Assembly (NCBI RefSeq): GCF_010669305.1
Contig: NZ_CP048649.1
Span: 896,650-928,649, forward strand
Origin: Aminipila butyrica
GTDB lineage: Bacteria; Bacillota; Clostridia; Peptostreptococcales; Anaerovoracaceae
Direction: 5' to 3'
Length of the DNA stretch: 32,000 bases
Every line of letters starts with the position of its first letter. The first letter of the stretch is position 1. Made by a program: the position numbers and the translations under genes. Below the pieces are notes generated by a model. The model saw only the letters and a program-made list of their open reading frames with translations, ran no database searches and was not told where the DNA came from. Shown here in pieces: positions 31,854 through 32,000 of the stretch.

Positions 31854-32000
31854 ATGCAGCTACAACATTTACCCTATACGCCGCTGCGCATCACATCTGG
31901 CTTCGGCCCTCGAAAAACGAACATTGCCGGAGCATCCACCTACCATCTAGGGGTGGACTTAGGTACGGATAAAAGCAAGCCTTATACGGCAACAGATGGA
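31854..32000 (+). CDS. Peptidase M23 lysin, second copy (3' end off-window)
   Basis: MQLQHLPYTPLRITSGFGPRKTNIAGASTYHLGVDLGTDKSKPYTATDG is 46/49 aa identical to the N-terminus of ORF 15235. RBS AAAGGAGGGAAG. Confidence 0.8.
   Translation, partial: MQLQHLPYTPLRITSGFGPRKTNIAGASTYHLGVDLGTDKSKPYTATDG

Larger units (their letters stand above)
17842..32000 (+). other. PBSX-like contractile tail-only gene cluster with its own repressor switch and lysin (candidate R-type tailocin; right end off-window)
   Basis: The gene order matches the PBSX xkdK-xkdX tail block. No capsid, portal, terminase, replication or integrase genes lie between the switch (17.8-19.2 kb) and the sheath gene (19956). Confidence 0.65.

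Noticed and set aside
15235-32000. Considered the two M23 gene 5' ends as direct repeats (att-like ends) bounding a 16.6-kb mobile unit
   Set aside because: About 84% identity with mostly synonymous differences, starting exactly at the ATG, fits paralogous coding sequences rather than duplicated attachment sites.

Overview
All calls come from reading the sequence and the supplied ORF track. No searches were run, and family names are motif and synteny recognition from memory. The window looks like a spore-forming Firmicute (Clostridia-like, mid-40s % GC by eye). It holds two phage-derived units in tandem on the + strand, separated by a damaged sporulation gene.

(1) 1-17.2 kb is the late half of a siphovirus-type prophage. 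It runs portal end, ClpP-type prohead protease, HK97-like capsid, connector genes, major tail protein, G/GT chaperone with a -1 slippery site, tape measure, distal tail and fibre genes, M23 peptidase lysin, XhlA-like protein and a phiLC3-type holin. Self-contained lower-GC cargo units are inserted in it: a lipoprotein plus a Zn-ribbon/Gly-zipper/SHOCT gene pair wedged between the chaperone and the tape measure, a 77-aa ORF, a secreted Kelch/Big_2 protein, and a secreted copper-amine-oxidase-N-like protein.

(2) 17.2-17.75 kb is a cotJC-like Mn-catalase gene lacking about 26 N-terminal codons. The break sits exactly at the prophage-end terminator hairpin, which suggests phage insertion into a sporulation gene.

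(3) 17.8-32 kb is an ImmA-like/XRE repressor pair divergent from a Cro-like gene. It is followed immediately by a complete PBSX-order contractile tail module: tail terminator-like, sheath, tube, XkdN-like chaperone with a -1 frameshift, tape measure, LysM protein, baseplate XkdQ-U equivalents, two alternative fibre cassettes, and a second M23 lysin running off the window. There are no capsid, portal, terminase, replication or integrase genes between the switch and the tail genes, so this is a candidate R-type tailocin.

The prophage and the tail-only cluster share a paralogous lysin and fibre segments. I recognised no rRNA, tRNA, CRISPR array, transposase or integrase.
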